The notes under the pieces were generated by a model, which had not been told where the DNA came from, did not search any database, and saw only the letters and a program-made list of their open reading frames with translations. Both the position numbers and the translations under genes were made by a program. Of a stretch of DNA of 64,000 bases, positions 10,867 through 20,372 are shown one piece after another; positions within the stretch are counted from its first letter, which is position 1, and the number at the start of each line of letters is the position of its first letter. The DNA comes from Synechococcales cyanobacterium GL140_1_metabinner_5_sub (GTDB lineage: Bacteria > Cyanobacteriota > Cyanobacteriia > Cyanobacteriales > Chamaesiphonaceae), in the NCBI GenBank assembly GCA_025359065.1, contig JANYHM010000093.1:22571-86570 (forward strand), in the 5' to 3' direction.

Positions 10867-13800
10867 ATGTTCGACTCCCAACTTAAATCAATTTGGCTCC
10901 AGCTAAACATCAACCCCGATGATCCACAGATCTTAGAGATATTAGAGCAGATGCTGCGATCGGGAATGCTTGACGCTGAACAGATCAAACAAATTGCCAG
11001 TACCTGTTTGAGTGAAAGACTACCGGTCACCTCCTCTGTTCCAGAGAGAATCGCCTACACCGAACCTGAGTTAATTCCGGTAATAGAACCCGAGCCAGCC
11101 GCACCAACCATCTGGCAAACCCTCAAAGACGAGCTGAGCGTGCGCTGGTTACTATTTTTGGGCGTATTCTTAGTAGTCTTGTCCTCCGGGGTGTTAGCAG
11201 CGACTCAATGGTCACGCTTCCCGGCTTGGGGACAATATGGTTTGCTGTGGCTGTACACGATCGGCTTTTGGCTAACTGGGAACTGGGCAAAAAGACAAGA
11301 GGGCTTAAAACTTACCGCAAATACTTTACAGATCGCTGCACTGTTATTGATCCCAGTAAACTTTTGGGCGATCGACTCTTTTGGGCTTTGGCATCAACCC
11401 TGGGAGATTGCCACTGCTGTAGTAGCTTCTAGCAGTTTGGCAGGCATCGCTTATTTACAGACTTTACCCAGGCGCTCTCGCTCTGATCAATGGTTGATAG
11501 CAGCTTTCATGGGATTGAGCTGCTTACAATTGGGCTGGCAGATTGCCCATTGGGCAGCAATTAGTATTTATATTGGCTCGATCGGAGTCGCTATTATTCT
11601 CCAAAAAACCCGTCAGGTCGAGAAAGGTGCTATGGCCATTTTTGGCTTAGGAATGCTGATCTTGCGGGGCTTTTTTGTTGTCCATTTACCAGTTACCAGC
11701 TTTAGTCTGGCGATCGGCATCGTCGGCTGGCTATTTGCCCAATGGGGCATTCAATATCAGAAAAAACTCCAGCGAGTGGAGTCAATTGCCCTCAAACACC
11801 CCGGCTCCCAAATTAACAAGCACCAAAAGACCCTCAGTGGATTAATTACTCTATATCATCGTCTGGGCGCGGGTTTACTGGCGTTAGGTTGGCTATTAGG
11901 ACTGGGCGAACTGCAAACTAGCTCCTGGCAATCATTATCTGTCAGCGGTTTGGCTCTGATTTGGATCTGGCAAAGACTCCAGCGAGATCATCGGGATGCA
12001 GATTTGGTTTGGTTGTTTGTAGTGGGACTGCAAGCTTATTTTCTCAGCAGTTTTCTCTGGCGCTTTATTTCTACTGGTGCCTTACTGGCCACGGTCTTGC
12101 CCTGGGTCAAACAATTCTTTGGTGAGAACTATCTATTTGCTGGTGGACTGCTGGTTTTTCCCTACTTACTTTTATGGGTGTGGCTAACAGCTTGGTTTTG
12201 GCGCAAGGAAGAGGAATCTACAGCCCGCACAGGTGAAGGACTAATAATGGGGACTGGATTGCTAATGACTATTGGCGCGGTTACTAATCCCCTTGGTCTA
12301 TTGATTGATTTAGTGGCTTCCACCGCAATTTTGGCGCATTTAACTCATCGTCGTTTACCAATTCGTAGTAGCTATGTCTATCTTACTCACTTAGGAGGGT
12401 TGTTGACAGTCTTTGCGACTGTGAGCTATCACTGGAATTGGTGTCGATCGATGGGAAAACAGTTGATTACTGTCACAGATGCCTTTGCTAGCAGTGAGAC
12501 TTTGGTCATGCTAGTAGTGGTCAGTTTAGTCTCAATGGTGTTGGCCGCGATCGAACTATTATTTTGTACTCGCAAAGCAACCCCAGAAAAAGATATCTGG
12601 CAACACAGCGCCTGGGGTTATGGCCAAATCTTAGCGGGCTTGTCTTACGCCGGTTGTTTGCTCACTATGGCTTCGGTGCACTTTATTTGGCCGCTGTGGT
12701 TAATGATCATTCCTGTTGCTTTTACCTATGTAGCAGTTCACCAGCAAATAGATAACTCTCACCAAAAATCTACAAGCTCAACTTGGCAACAAAATGCTCA
12801 AAGGAAGGCGAATTGGTGGGCGATCGGCAGCATGGCTGGCTCGATTTTATTGACTGGCAACGATATCAACTGGCGATCAGTTCTTTTGGCTGCATCGATC
12901 GCCATGATTTGTCCGATTATGTGGAAAATGGCACAAGAGCCATTAGATCTGGCAGCTTCTGAGCAGTTAGCTGAAGATCAAGGATTCCAAGAGCGCAGGC
13001 TCACCCAGCAATCCGTAGCTGTAGGCATGATACATATTGGATTGGGCTTGGGCTTAGCAGCCAATCTTTTACAAGGTCGCATTGCTGATCCTCAATGGCT
13101 AGTCATCGCTGCGGTAGTTAGTGCCGGGTTATGGTTAGTTAGCAAAAGATTACAGCGTCAAAATATTTCGCTGCCAGCGATTTACGCTATAGCAGGCGAT
13201 GCTTGGGCAAGCATTATTGCTGCAATGATAATTTTTACTGGGATGGTTCACTATTTCTATAACAATCTCCAATTTCAGTCTGGAGCGATCGGCTCCCAGG
13301 CTCTCCAGAAAATTGCTTCACCCCGCTGGTTTGGAAGTCTGGATTTTAGCCTGTTGCTAGCCGCTGCCATATTGCTATGGGCAATGGCTAATCGTCAAAA
13401 ACAACGTTCTGCCTGGATTCCAGCAATATGGTATATCACTGCCTTAGTTACTAGCCAAATTATTTTGGGATTTAGCATCCGTTTACTGGGTGGTAGCACA
13501 TGGATACTGGCGATCGCCAATGTACTATTAGCCTTCGGTGTTTATTGCTGGCAAACCTTTGGTCAACCAAGATTCATCAGGCAATCAGCAGCTAGCTTAA
13601 TGCCAGTGCTAAACAGCACTGCTTTACCTGGTCTGCTGGCGGTCTGGGGCCTGGTGTTAAGACTGCCATTCTTCAATAACTATAGCGGGTTACTATCGAT
13701 CTGCATTGGTGCAATCTTATTCTTAATCAGCCGCAGCTATAGCTTCAAACTATCAGCCTATGTCGGTTTGTCGTTAGTAACTATCGGCTGCTATGAATTA

Positions 13801-14931
13801 GTTACTTATCAAATACTTCAAGCACCCCCTGGTGGTAACATTGCCGATGCCCTAACCATCTATGGTTTGGTGACAGCAATCCTAGCACTGATCTATCGAT
13901 CGACCGTCTGGCTGAAATCCCGCAAGGCTGCGGAAGACTTTTGGGATCTGTCTCTGGACAGTTTAAAAAATGTCGCTCATGCCCATTGGACGATCGCCAG
14001 CACCTGGAAAATTGCGGCTGCTGTTGTGCCACCAATTCCGTTGCCCCACTTCACCATTCTGCACTTAGTCACCAGTGGCTTGCTGGGCATCTATGCCTTA
14101 ATCCAAGGACGAGATCGAAAAGACAATGGTGATTGGTGGGTTTATTTGGGCTTGGCAGAATTAATGGGAGTGGGGGTTTATGCCCGATCGATCTTCCAAG
14201 GTTTAGGCATTGTAGATGCTAATTTGATTTTGGTGACTTGTCTGATTGGTTTAATGCTGATGCTGGCTCCTTGGGGTGCATGGGGCTGGCGCGATCGACC
14301 TTGGCGGATTGTGGCGCTAGTTCTGCCGTTATCGCGGGTGATCTTTGAGTGGGATTATATTTCGCTGTTGAATCTGGCAATTTTGGCCACTTTTTATGGG
14401 GGAGTAGCCAGAAGACAAAGACAGTTTGGCTGGGCTTATCTGAGTTTGGTGTTTGTCAACTGGGCGGGAATGCGTTTGCTGTGGCAATATAGCCTCACTA
14501 GTCCGATTTGGTATGGGTTGATGGTTGGAGTCTCGATTTTGACGGTGGTTCAATGGGATCCGGCTTGGCAAAAGTCTCGCCAAAATCGTCACTATGGGCG
14601 GTTGGCTGGTGCTGGGGTAATTGCAGTGACGGCTTTGATTTGGCATGTTGCACCGCAGCCTTGGGTGCCTATTGGTTTGGGGCTGGCGATCGGGGCAGCA
14701 GGTTTGGTTTGGCGGGTTAGGGCTTGGTTTTATGTGGGGACGATTACGTTTTTGGTGAGTAATTTCTATCAGCTTGTAGTTGTAATTACAGAGCGACCAG
14801 TAACTAAATGGGCGATCGGTCTGTTTGCTGGAATGCTAATTATTTTCTTGGCGGCCAATTTTGAAAAACGTCGAGAACAAATCACTAAAGCGTTGCAGCA
14901 TTGGCTCGATCAATTGCAGGAGTGGCAATAA
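10867..14931 (+). CDS. Very large polytopic membrane protein (1354 aa, about 30 predicted TM segments), function unknown
   Basis: Uninterrupted ORF with an ATG start. Hydrophobic helices recur throughout, many of them Trp-rich. No catalytic motifs recognised. Confidence 0.7.
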   Translation: MFDSQLKSIWLQLNINPDDPQILEILEQMLRSGMLDAEQIKQIASTCLSERLPVTSSVPERIAYTEPELIPVIEPEPAAPTIWQTLKDELSVRWLLFLGVFLVVLSSGVLAATQWSRFPAWGQYGLLWLYTIGFWLTGNWAKRQEGLKLTANTLQIAALLLIPVNFWAIDSFGLWHQPWEIATAVVASSSLAGIAYLQTLPRRSRSDQWLIAAFMGLSCLQLGWQIAHWAAISIYIGSIGVAIILQKTRQVEKGAMAIFGLGMLILRGFFVVHLPVTSFSLAIGIVGWLFAQWGIQYQKKLQRVESIALKHPGSQINKHQKTLSGLITLYHRLGAGLLALGWLLGLGELQTSSWQSLSVSGLALIWIWQRLQRDHRDADLVWLFVVGLQAYFLSSFLWRFISTGALLATVLPWVKQFFGENYLFAGGLLVFPYLLLWVWLTAWFWRKEEESTARTGEGLIMGTGLLMTIGAVTNPLGLLIDLVASTAILAHLTHRRLPIRSSYVYLTHLGGLLTVFATVSYHWNWCRSMGKQLITVTDAFASSETLVMLVVVSLVSMVLAAIELLFCTRKATPEKDIWQHSAWGYGQILAGLSYAGCLLTMASVHFIWPLWLMIIPVAFTYVAVHQQIDNSHQKSTSSTWQQNAQRKANWWAIGSMAGSILLTGNDINWRSVLLAASIAMICPIMWKMAQEPLDLAASEQLAEDQGFQERRLTQQSVAVGMIHIGLGLGLAANLLQGRIADPQWLVIAAVVSAGLWLVSKRLQRQNISLPAIYAIAGDAWASIIAAMIIFTGMVHYFYNNLQFQSGAIGSQALQKIASPRWFGSLDFSLLLAAAILLWAMANRQKQRSAWIPAIWYITALVTSQIILGFSIRLLGGSTWILAIANVLLAFGVYCWQTFGQPRFIRQSAASLMPVLNSTALPGLLAVWGLVLRLPFFNNYSGLLSICIGAILFLISRSYSFKLSAYVGLSLVTIGCYELVTYQILQAPPGGNIADALTIYGLVTAILALIYRSTVWLKSRKAAEDFWDLSLDSLKNVAHAHWTIASTWKIAAAVVPPIPLPHFTILHLVTSGLLGIYALIQGRDRKDNGDWWVYLGLAELMGVGVYARSIFQGLGIVDANLILVTCLIGLMLMLAPWGAWGWRDRPWRIVALVLPLSRVIFEWDYISLLNLAILATFYGGVARRQRQFGWAYLSLVFVNWAGMRLLWQYSLTSPIWYGLMVGVSILTVVQWDPAWQKSRQNRHYGRLAGAGVIAVTALIWHVAPQPWVPIGLGLAIGAAGLVWRVRAWFYVGTITFLVSNFYQLVVVITERPVTKWAIGLFAGMLIIFLAANFEKRREQITKALQHWLDQLQEWQ

Positions 14932-15009
14932 TAGCTTTTTGTTATTGCTATGGGTAAAAAATACTAAAGTAATCAGACGTATTTTTTCGGAGGTTTCGAC
15001 AATGGTGCT

Positions 15010-15034
15010 GTAAGGTGGGCACTGCCCACCTTAC
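15010..15034. terminator. Perfect 11-bp GC-rich hairpin between convergent genes (putative bidirectional terminator)
   Basis: gtaaggtgggc-act-gcccaccttac lies between the large membrane protein gene (+, ends 14931) and spp (-, ends 15055). Flanking A/T runs are modest. Confidence 0.4.
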
Positions 15035-15054
15035 AAGACAATTTCATTACTGGC

Positions 15055-15822
15055 TTAATTTAGAAAACCAAAGTATCGCAGACCTTCAATGATGCCGCCA
15101 GAGCAATTAGCGCTAGCCAAATAATGGCGTTCAGTAGCGTTCATTTCGTACCAGAGCTTCAGCTCTTGATGAGCGTTGCCTACCAGCACTCCATACTCCA
15201 AGTCGTAGCTAAATAGTGAAATATCATTGCCCGAATCACCACAGACCATCGTTGAAGGAGCATCGATCAACCAATAATTTCGCAAAAACTGCACCGCCGA
15301 CCCCTTGTTACCATTCTTCGGAATAATATCTAAATCCTTTTGGCCACTGTAGACAATTTCTGCCACAATGTTGTTTTGCTTTAGCTCCTGACGCAACCGA
15401 GGAATAATCTCGATCGCCGCTGCTTCACTCAAATAGTAGCTAGCCTTAAACTCACCCTGATCACCCACTGGCTGGAGCTTCAAATCTGCAAAATGCGTTG
15501 CCACCTCTACAATCTTGCTCCGCTGCCAGCCCGGACTAATATGCTGCTGCCAAGCAGGCCAAATATTTTCACAATCCAAATAAATCTCCGTTCCTACCGC
15601 CGACACCAAAGCATCGGGAGGTAATAACTGGGCACTGGCCGCCAACATCCGATAAGAATTTAACGATCGGCCAGTGGCATAAACAATCTTGACATCATGG
15701 TCTTGGCGCGATCGATCAAGCCAATCGTTCAAAACCTGCAAAGCAGGAGCATCTCCAACCAGGGTGTTATCTAAATCTGTGACAAACAGAGCTAGCTTAG
15801 CAGCAGTAATCAGTTCGCTCAT
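15055..15822 (-). CDS. spp: Sucrose-phosphate phosphatase (HAD superfamily)
   Basis: DLDNTLVGD, YATGRS, AVGTEIY, GQKDLDIIPKNGNKGSAVQFL and CGDSGNDISLF match cyanobacterial SPP (Synechocystis Slr0953-like) block for block. Confidence 0.85.
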   Translation of the reverse strand: MSELITAAKLALFVTDLDNTLVGDAPALQVLNDWLDRSRQDHDVKIVYATGRSLNSYRMLAASAQLLPPDALVSAVGTEIYLDCENIWPAWQQHISPGWQRSKIVEVATHFADLKLQPVGDQGEFKASYYLSEAAAIEIIPRLRQELKQNNIVAEIVYSGQKDLDIIPKNGNKGSAVQFLRNYWLIDAPSTMVCGDSGNDISLFSYDLEYGVLVGNAHQELKLWYEMNATERHYLASANCSGGIIEGLRYFGFLN

Positions 15823-15902
15823 ACGGGAGAATAATATTTTGGGTCATCAGAACTTACATAGGCTAACCCATGATGTTATAAATATCCAACTTTCGGCTTT
15901 TA

Positions 15903-16190
15903 TTAGTGGGCAATCCACTGGGCATCGCTGACAATAAATATTCCACCCATTTTTTTCATTAGGGGCTTGAGGGCGATCGCCAATCGATCGACCATCTCTG
16001 GTTCCGGGCAAATTACCATCAGGTAAGTATTGGTAATTAAGTCATCCCCCGAAAAACCATGCTCCCCGCTACCCGAGACATTTTCGATTTCGGTGTAATT
16101 AATCACCTGGTTTTTCTTGAAAATCTTTAAAACCGCAGGCACTTCCAGGGAAGTGACAATAATTTCGACTTTTTTGACAGCCTGTAACAC
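15903..16190 (-). CDS. sbtB: PII-like signalling protein SbtB
   Basis: 95 aa with a GlnB-like fold signature (KKVEIIV..., T-loop-like SGSGEHGFSGDD). Starts 5 nt downstream of the sbtA-family gene. Confidence 0.75.
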   Translation of the reverse strand: MLQAVKKVEIIVTSLEVPAVLKIFKKNQVINYTEIENVSGSGEHGFSGDDLITNTYLMVICPEPEMVDRLAIALKPLMKKMGGIFIVSDAQWIAH

Positions 16191-16194
16191 TTTA

Positions 16195-17190
16195 TTAAAC
16201 TCCCAGAAGTCTGATAGCTTGTAGATACATCGGAATCCCGATAATGATATTGAACGGAAAAGTGACTGCTAGTGCCATGGACACATACAAGCTCGGGTTA
16301 GCCTGGGGCACCGTCATTCGCATCGCAGCAGGTACCGCAATATACGAAGCGCTGGCACAGAGCACTGCAAACAGCAAGGCATTGCCAGGAGTCATTCCTA
16401 TCAGCTTGGCCAGCAAGATTCCTATTACAGCATTCCCGATCGGCATCAAAATAGCGAAACCAATCAAGAAAAATCCGGTTTGCTTCAGATCTCGAATGCG
16501 GCGCGCTGCCACCAAACCCATATCTAGCAAGAAAAACATCAAAGCGCCGTAGAAAATATCTTTTTCTACAAATAGATGCAGCTTACCCCAGCCCTCTTTA
16601 CCACTGGCCACTCCGACTATCACACTACCAATTAGCAGCAAGACCGAGCCATTCAGGAAAGCCTCATGCAGCACCGCTCCCCAGCCCGATTCTGACGAGG
16701 CAGTTTCGTCCTCGCTAATTTCTTTTTTCTGGCCAGAAACCCGCACCAAAATCAAACCCACCACGATCGCGGGTGATTCCATTAGGGCTAAAGCCGCCAC
16801 CATGTGGCCACCATAGGCAATATGGAGCTTATCTAGCAGCGCACTAGCCGTAATAAAAGTCACCGCACTAATTGAGCCGTAAGTAGCGGCGATCGCTGCG
16901 GCATTGAACTTATCTAACTTCAATCGTAAGATAAAAAACGAATAGACCGGGACGATCGAGGCCATGAAGATCGCTACGGTCAAGGTGGTAACAACTTCGG
17001 TATTTAAACCACTCTCGTACAGCTCGTGGCCACCCTTAAAGCCGATGGCAATTAATAGGTATAACGAAAACAACTTGGGCAGAGGATTGGGAATCTCTAA
17101 ATCCGATTGCACCGCCACAGCTAGCATTCCTAAGAAGAAAAACATCACTGGCGGATTCAGAATATTAGATAGAATGAGACTACTATCCAT
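16195..17190 (-). CDS. sbtA: SbtA-family (DUF897) sodium-dependent bicarbonate transporter-like permease
   Basis: Two inverted 5-TM halves with SbtA-like blocks (IGFKGGHEL; ATYGSISAVTFITASALLD; ESPAIVVGLIL). At 331 aa it is shorter than Synechocystis SbtA, with a shorter central cytoplasmic loop. Confidence 0.75.
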   Translation of the reverse strand: MDSSLILSNILNPPVMFFFLGMLAVAVQSDLEIPNPLPKLFSLYLLIAIGFKGGHELYESGLNTEVVTTLTVAIFMASIVPVYSFFILRLKLDKFNAAAIAATYGSISAVTFITASALLDKLHIAYGGHMVAALALMESPAIVVGLILVRVSGQKKEISEDETASSESGWGAVLHEAFLNGSVLLLIGSVIVGVASGKEGWGKLHLFVEKDIFYGALMFFLLDMGLVAARRIRDLKQTGFFLIGFAILMPIGNAVIGILLAKLIGMTPGNALLFAVLCASASYIAVPAAMRMTVPQANPSLYVSMALAVTFPFNIIIGIPMYLQAIRLLGV

Positions 17191-17288
17191 GGTTATCTAT
17201 TTAAAGGTTTCTCAGCAAACAAACTCTTACATTAGGGTATGCAGCGTTTCTTTGTCGAGCTTATGCAACTTAAATAAACGAGCCAGAC

Positions 17289-17906
17289 TCAACCATATTT
17301 CAAAATTGCTTTCAGATGCCTTCTGAACAAAGCTTTCACCGGTAAAGTCGCCGCCAAATAGAGCACAGCACAACTGGCTGCGGCAATCACTGGCGATTGC
17401 ACCACAGCCTTGGCCGACAGACCCATCCGGAAAAAGACCATGGCAATAAATAGCCATAACAGCGGAAACACAAACAGTCCTAGCACGATCGGCAGCAGGG
17501 AGCTGCTGTCTAAAAACTTATTCCAGACTTCTGTGCGATAAAAAATTCGATCAAGGGAGTGATTATAAATTGCTAAGCAGTCATCTTGGTCTCCATCAGT
17601 CCCAATTACCAAAGTCAAAAACTGTCCTTCGCGCACTCGCCCCTGTAACTCTTTGAACTTGTTTACCCGCAAACATTCATTCCTGCCATCGGTCAAATTC
17701 ATCCAAATTGAGTGTTCTACTGGCTTTTTTAGAAGCTGAGTGCGCTTGCCAGAACTGTTTGTGATTGCATCACGTTTATACTTTTCAACAGTGCCGCCCA
17801 ACAAATACAGCTTAAACTGAGTACCATTTAGTGCCCGAAAATTCTCTAACTTGGCGGGCAAATTTGGAACAAGATTGTTAGTCATCATAGTCTTACAGTC
17901 CAACAT
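17289..17906 (-). CDS. Hypothetical protein with an N-terminal soluble domain and two C-terminal TM helices
   Basis: ORF only. The start may be the MMTNNLV Met at 17888. Confidence 0.45.
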   Translation of the reverse strand: MLDCKTMMTNNLVPNLPAKLENFRALNGTQFKLYLLGGTVEKYKRDAITNSSGKRTQLLKKPVEHSIWMNLTDGRNECLRVNKFKELQGRVREGQFLTLVIGTDGDQDDCLAIYNHSLDRIFYRTEVWNKFLDSSSLLPIVLGLFVFPLLWLFIAMVFFRMGLSAKAVVQSPVIAAASCAVLYLAATLPVKALFRRHLKAILKYG

Positions 17907-18067
17907 CCACTGACTTACGTAACCTATTTTAATCGATCAAAAACCATAAGTTATAGTATCAGGCGTACTTTTCAGTCAAAAGTAGGGGAAAAATCTGGCA
18001 GTTGATATCATTCATCGCAGCGGCTTGGGGTAAAATTACAAACTCCCCTCGTTACCTCTATTCCCGC

Positions 18068-19429
18068 ATGGCCATGTCAGAACCAGCGTCGTCTCTCAGT
18101 TTAGAACTGCAACCCCAAGGCAATCATCAATGCCTACAGGTTACGCCCTCTAGTGATTTTTGCTTACGGGGCACCCTCAAAGTTCCTGGTGATAAATCAA
18201 TCTCTCATAGATCGTTAATGTTAGGCGCTTTGGCCGAGGGAGAAACATCGATCGAGGGGTTATTGCTGGGCGAAGACCCTTGCAGTACCGCCGCCTGTTT
18301 TACTGCCATGGGAGCAAAAATCAGCGAGTTGAACTCCACGTTGATAACAGTGCAGGGCGTGGGTCTGGGGAATTTACAAGAACCCACCAATATTTTAGAT
18401 GCCGGTAATTCTGGCACCACCATGCGGTTAATGATGGGACTGTTGGCTGGTCAAGAGGGCAAGTTTTTCACCGTGACTGGCGATGACTCTTTGCGATCGC
18501 GTCCCATGTCCCGGGTGGTTAAGCCATTGGAGATGATGGGAGCACAGATTTGGGGGAGAGCCGACAACTCCCGCGCTCCCTTAGCAATCCGAGGCCACAA
18601 GTTACAGTCTATTCATTACCAGTCTCCGATCGCCTCAGCCCAAGTAAAATCGGCGGTCTTACTAGCCGGACTGCTAGCCGCAGGCGAAACCACCGTTACC
18701 GAGCCAGCTTTATCTCGTGACCACAGCGAAAGGATGCTGCGCGCCTTTGGAGCCACAGTCCAAATAGATCCAGAGACCAAGAGCGCCACAGTGACCGGTT
18801 GGCCAAAGCTCACCGGCCAAAAAGTGATCGTCCCAGGAGACATAAGTTCTGCTGCTTTCTGGCTGGTTGCCGCAGCCATTATCCCCGGCTCTGAGCTGCT
18901 GCTAACCAATGTAGGTGTAAATCCCACCCGTACCGGCATCTTAGATGCTCTGGCATTGATGGAAGCCGATATTGAACTGCTCAATCAAAGAGATGTCACT
19001 GGCGAACCAGTGGCCGATATCAGAGTGAGAGCAAGTCAACTGCGTGCCTGTAAAATCGGTGGTGATTTGATTCCTCGTTTAGTTGACGAAATCCCGATTT
19101 TGGCAGTGGCGGCGCTGTTTGCCCAAGGGACTACGGTAATTTCTGATGCGGAAGAGTTAAGAGTTAAGGAAAGCGATCGACTCTCAGTTATGGCTACCCA
19201 GCTCGGCAAAATGGGAGCCAAAATCACTGAACTCCCTGATGGTTTAGAAATTTCTGGCGGCCAAAGCTTATCGGGTGCAGAGCTAGATAGTTTTACCGAC
19301 CACCGGATTGCTATGAGTCTGGCGATCGCGGCTCTGACTGCCAAAGGTGTCAGTCGTCTGCATCGCGCCGATGCCGCGTCGGTTTCTTATCCAGACTTTT
19401 TCACTAGTTTACAAAATTTGATCGCTTAA
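18068..19429 (+). CDS. aroA: 3-phosphoshikimate 1-carboxyvinyltransferase (EPSP synthase)
   Basis: [42 protein letters not shown] and [15 protein letters not shown] are present. I set the start at the MAMSEP Met; the track ORF begins at 18002. Confidence 0.9.
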   Translation: MAMSEPASSLSLELQPQGNHQCLQVTPSSDFCLRGTLKVPGDKSISHRSLMLGALAEGETSIEGLLLGEDPCSTAACFTAMGAKISELNSTLITVQGVGLGNLQEPTNILDAGNSGTTMRLMMGLLAGQEGKFFTVTGDDSLRSRPMSRVVKPLEMMGAQIWGRADNSRAPLAIRGHKLQSIHYQSPIASAQVKSAVLLAGLLAAGETTVTEPALSRDHSERMLRAFGATVQIDPETKSATVTGWPKLTGQKVIVPGDISSAAFWLVAAAIIPGSELLLTNVGVNPTRTGILDALALMEADIELLNQRDVTGEPVADIRVRASQLRACKIGGDLIPRLVDEIPILAVAALFAQGTTVISDAEELRVKESDRLSVMATQLGKMGAKITELPDGLEISGGQSLSGAELDSFTDHRIAMSLAIAALTAKGVSRLHRADAASVSYPDFFTSLQNLIA

Positions 19430-19442
19430 ATAACGTCTCAGT

Positions 19443-19967
19443 CTAACTAATCAGAGTTTGGGCTGGATTAATCATCTGCTGAGCTGGCGAAATCTTTGGC
19501 ATTTGACGCATCAACGTAGCCATCTCTAGAGCATTCATCGCATAGCCCCAACCCAAGTTGCTCTTAATTCCTGCCCGTTCTAAAGCCTGTGCCATAGTAT
19601 CTACAGTCAGCACGCCAAAAATCACCGGCACACCGCTTTGGAAAGAAGCTGCAGCTACACCTTTCGATACTTCTGCCGAGACATAATCGAAATGCGGAGT
19701 ATCACCCTTGATCACTGCTCCCAGACAAATAATCGCATCATAGCGCTGAGAAAAAGCTAGGTGTTTTGCGGCTAAAGGAATTTCGTAACAGCCTGGAACC
19801 CATACATAGTCTACCTGCTGACTATTTGGCTCTACGTCTACCCCATGGCGCTTGAGACAGTCTTGGCAGGCCGCCAAGAGCTTGAGTGTGACCATGTCAT
19901 TAAATCTGCCCACCACGATCGCAAATCGCAGCGAAATGTCTGGGGTAAAGTTTCCCTCGAAAGTAGC
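19443..19967 (-). CDS. ribH: 6,7-dimethyl-8-ribityllumazine synthase
   Basis: Start at [29 protein letters not shown] and [19 protein letters not shown] are present. Lies downstream of psbZ, as in Synechocystis (sll1281-sll1282). Confidence 0.9.
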   Translation of the reverse strand, partial: ATFEGNFTPDISLRFAIVVGRFNDMVTLKLLAACQDCLKRHGVDVEPNSQQVDYVWVPGCYEIPLAAKHLAFSQRYDAIICLGAVIKGDTPHFDYVSAEVSKGVAAASFQSGVPVIFGVLTVDTMAQALERAGIKSNLGWGYAMNALEMATLMRQMPKISPAQQMINPAQTLIS

Positions 19968-20000
19968 CATGCAAGCTCCCAAATAGCCAAATAGATTTAA

Positions 20001-20057
20001 CAAAAAATTTGGGGTGGCTGAGTAAACTTCTTTAAGTCAACTTCTCGGAGCCACCCC
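20001..20057 (-). terminator. Intrinsic terminator of psbZ
   Basis: A 9-bp GC stem (ggggtggct...agccacccc) is followed on the minus strand by AAATTTTTTG. Confidence 0.55.
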
Positions 20058-20078
20058 CGTGACAACATCACTGAACGT

Positions 20079-20267
20079 TTAAACTACTAAGAAGTTCAGA
20101 ACGCCAACCAAAACTACCAACAAAGCCCATGCTCCAGAGCCTATAAACAACAGATTTTTAGAACGATCCCAGTTTTGAGGTGCAGCATAGGCTACAGGTA
20201 CACCTACAATCATGACGAAAGACAGTAATACCAAAGCAAACAAGGCTAAATCGAATACAAAGACCAT
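20079..20267 (-). CDS. psbZ: Photosystem II protein PsbZ (Ycf9)
   Basis: 62 aa. The stretch [22 protein letters not shown]...LNFLVV is near-identical in pattern to known PsbZ. Confidence 0.9.
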   Translation of the reverse strand: MVFVFDLALFALVLLSFVMIVGVPVAYAAPQNWDRSKNLLFIGSGAWALLVVLVGVLNFLVV

Positions 20268-20372
20268 TATTATTCTCCTAGAATTTTAATAAAATAGATT
20301 AGCTAATAAATTTAAGCAGACTTACAAAAATTTACCATTTCTGCACGCTCATAACATCTCCGAGGCATCAGA

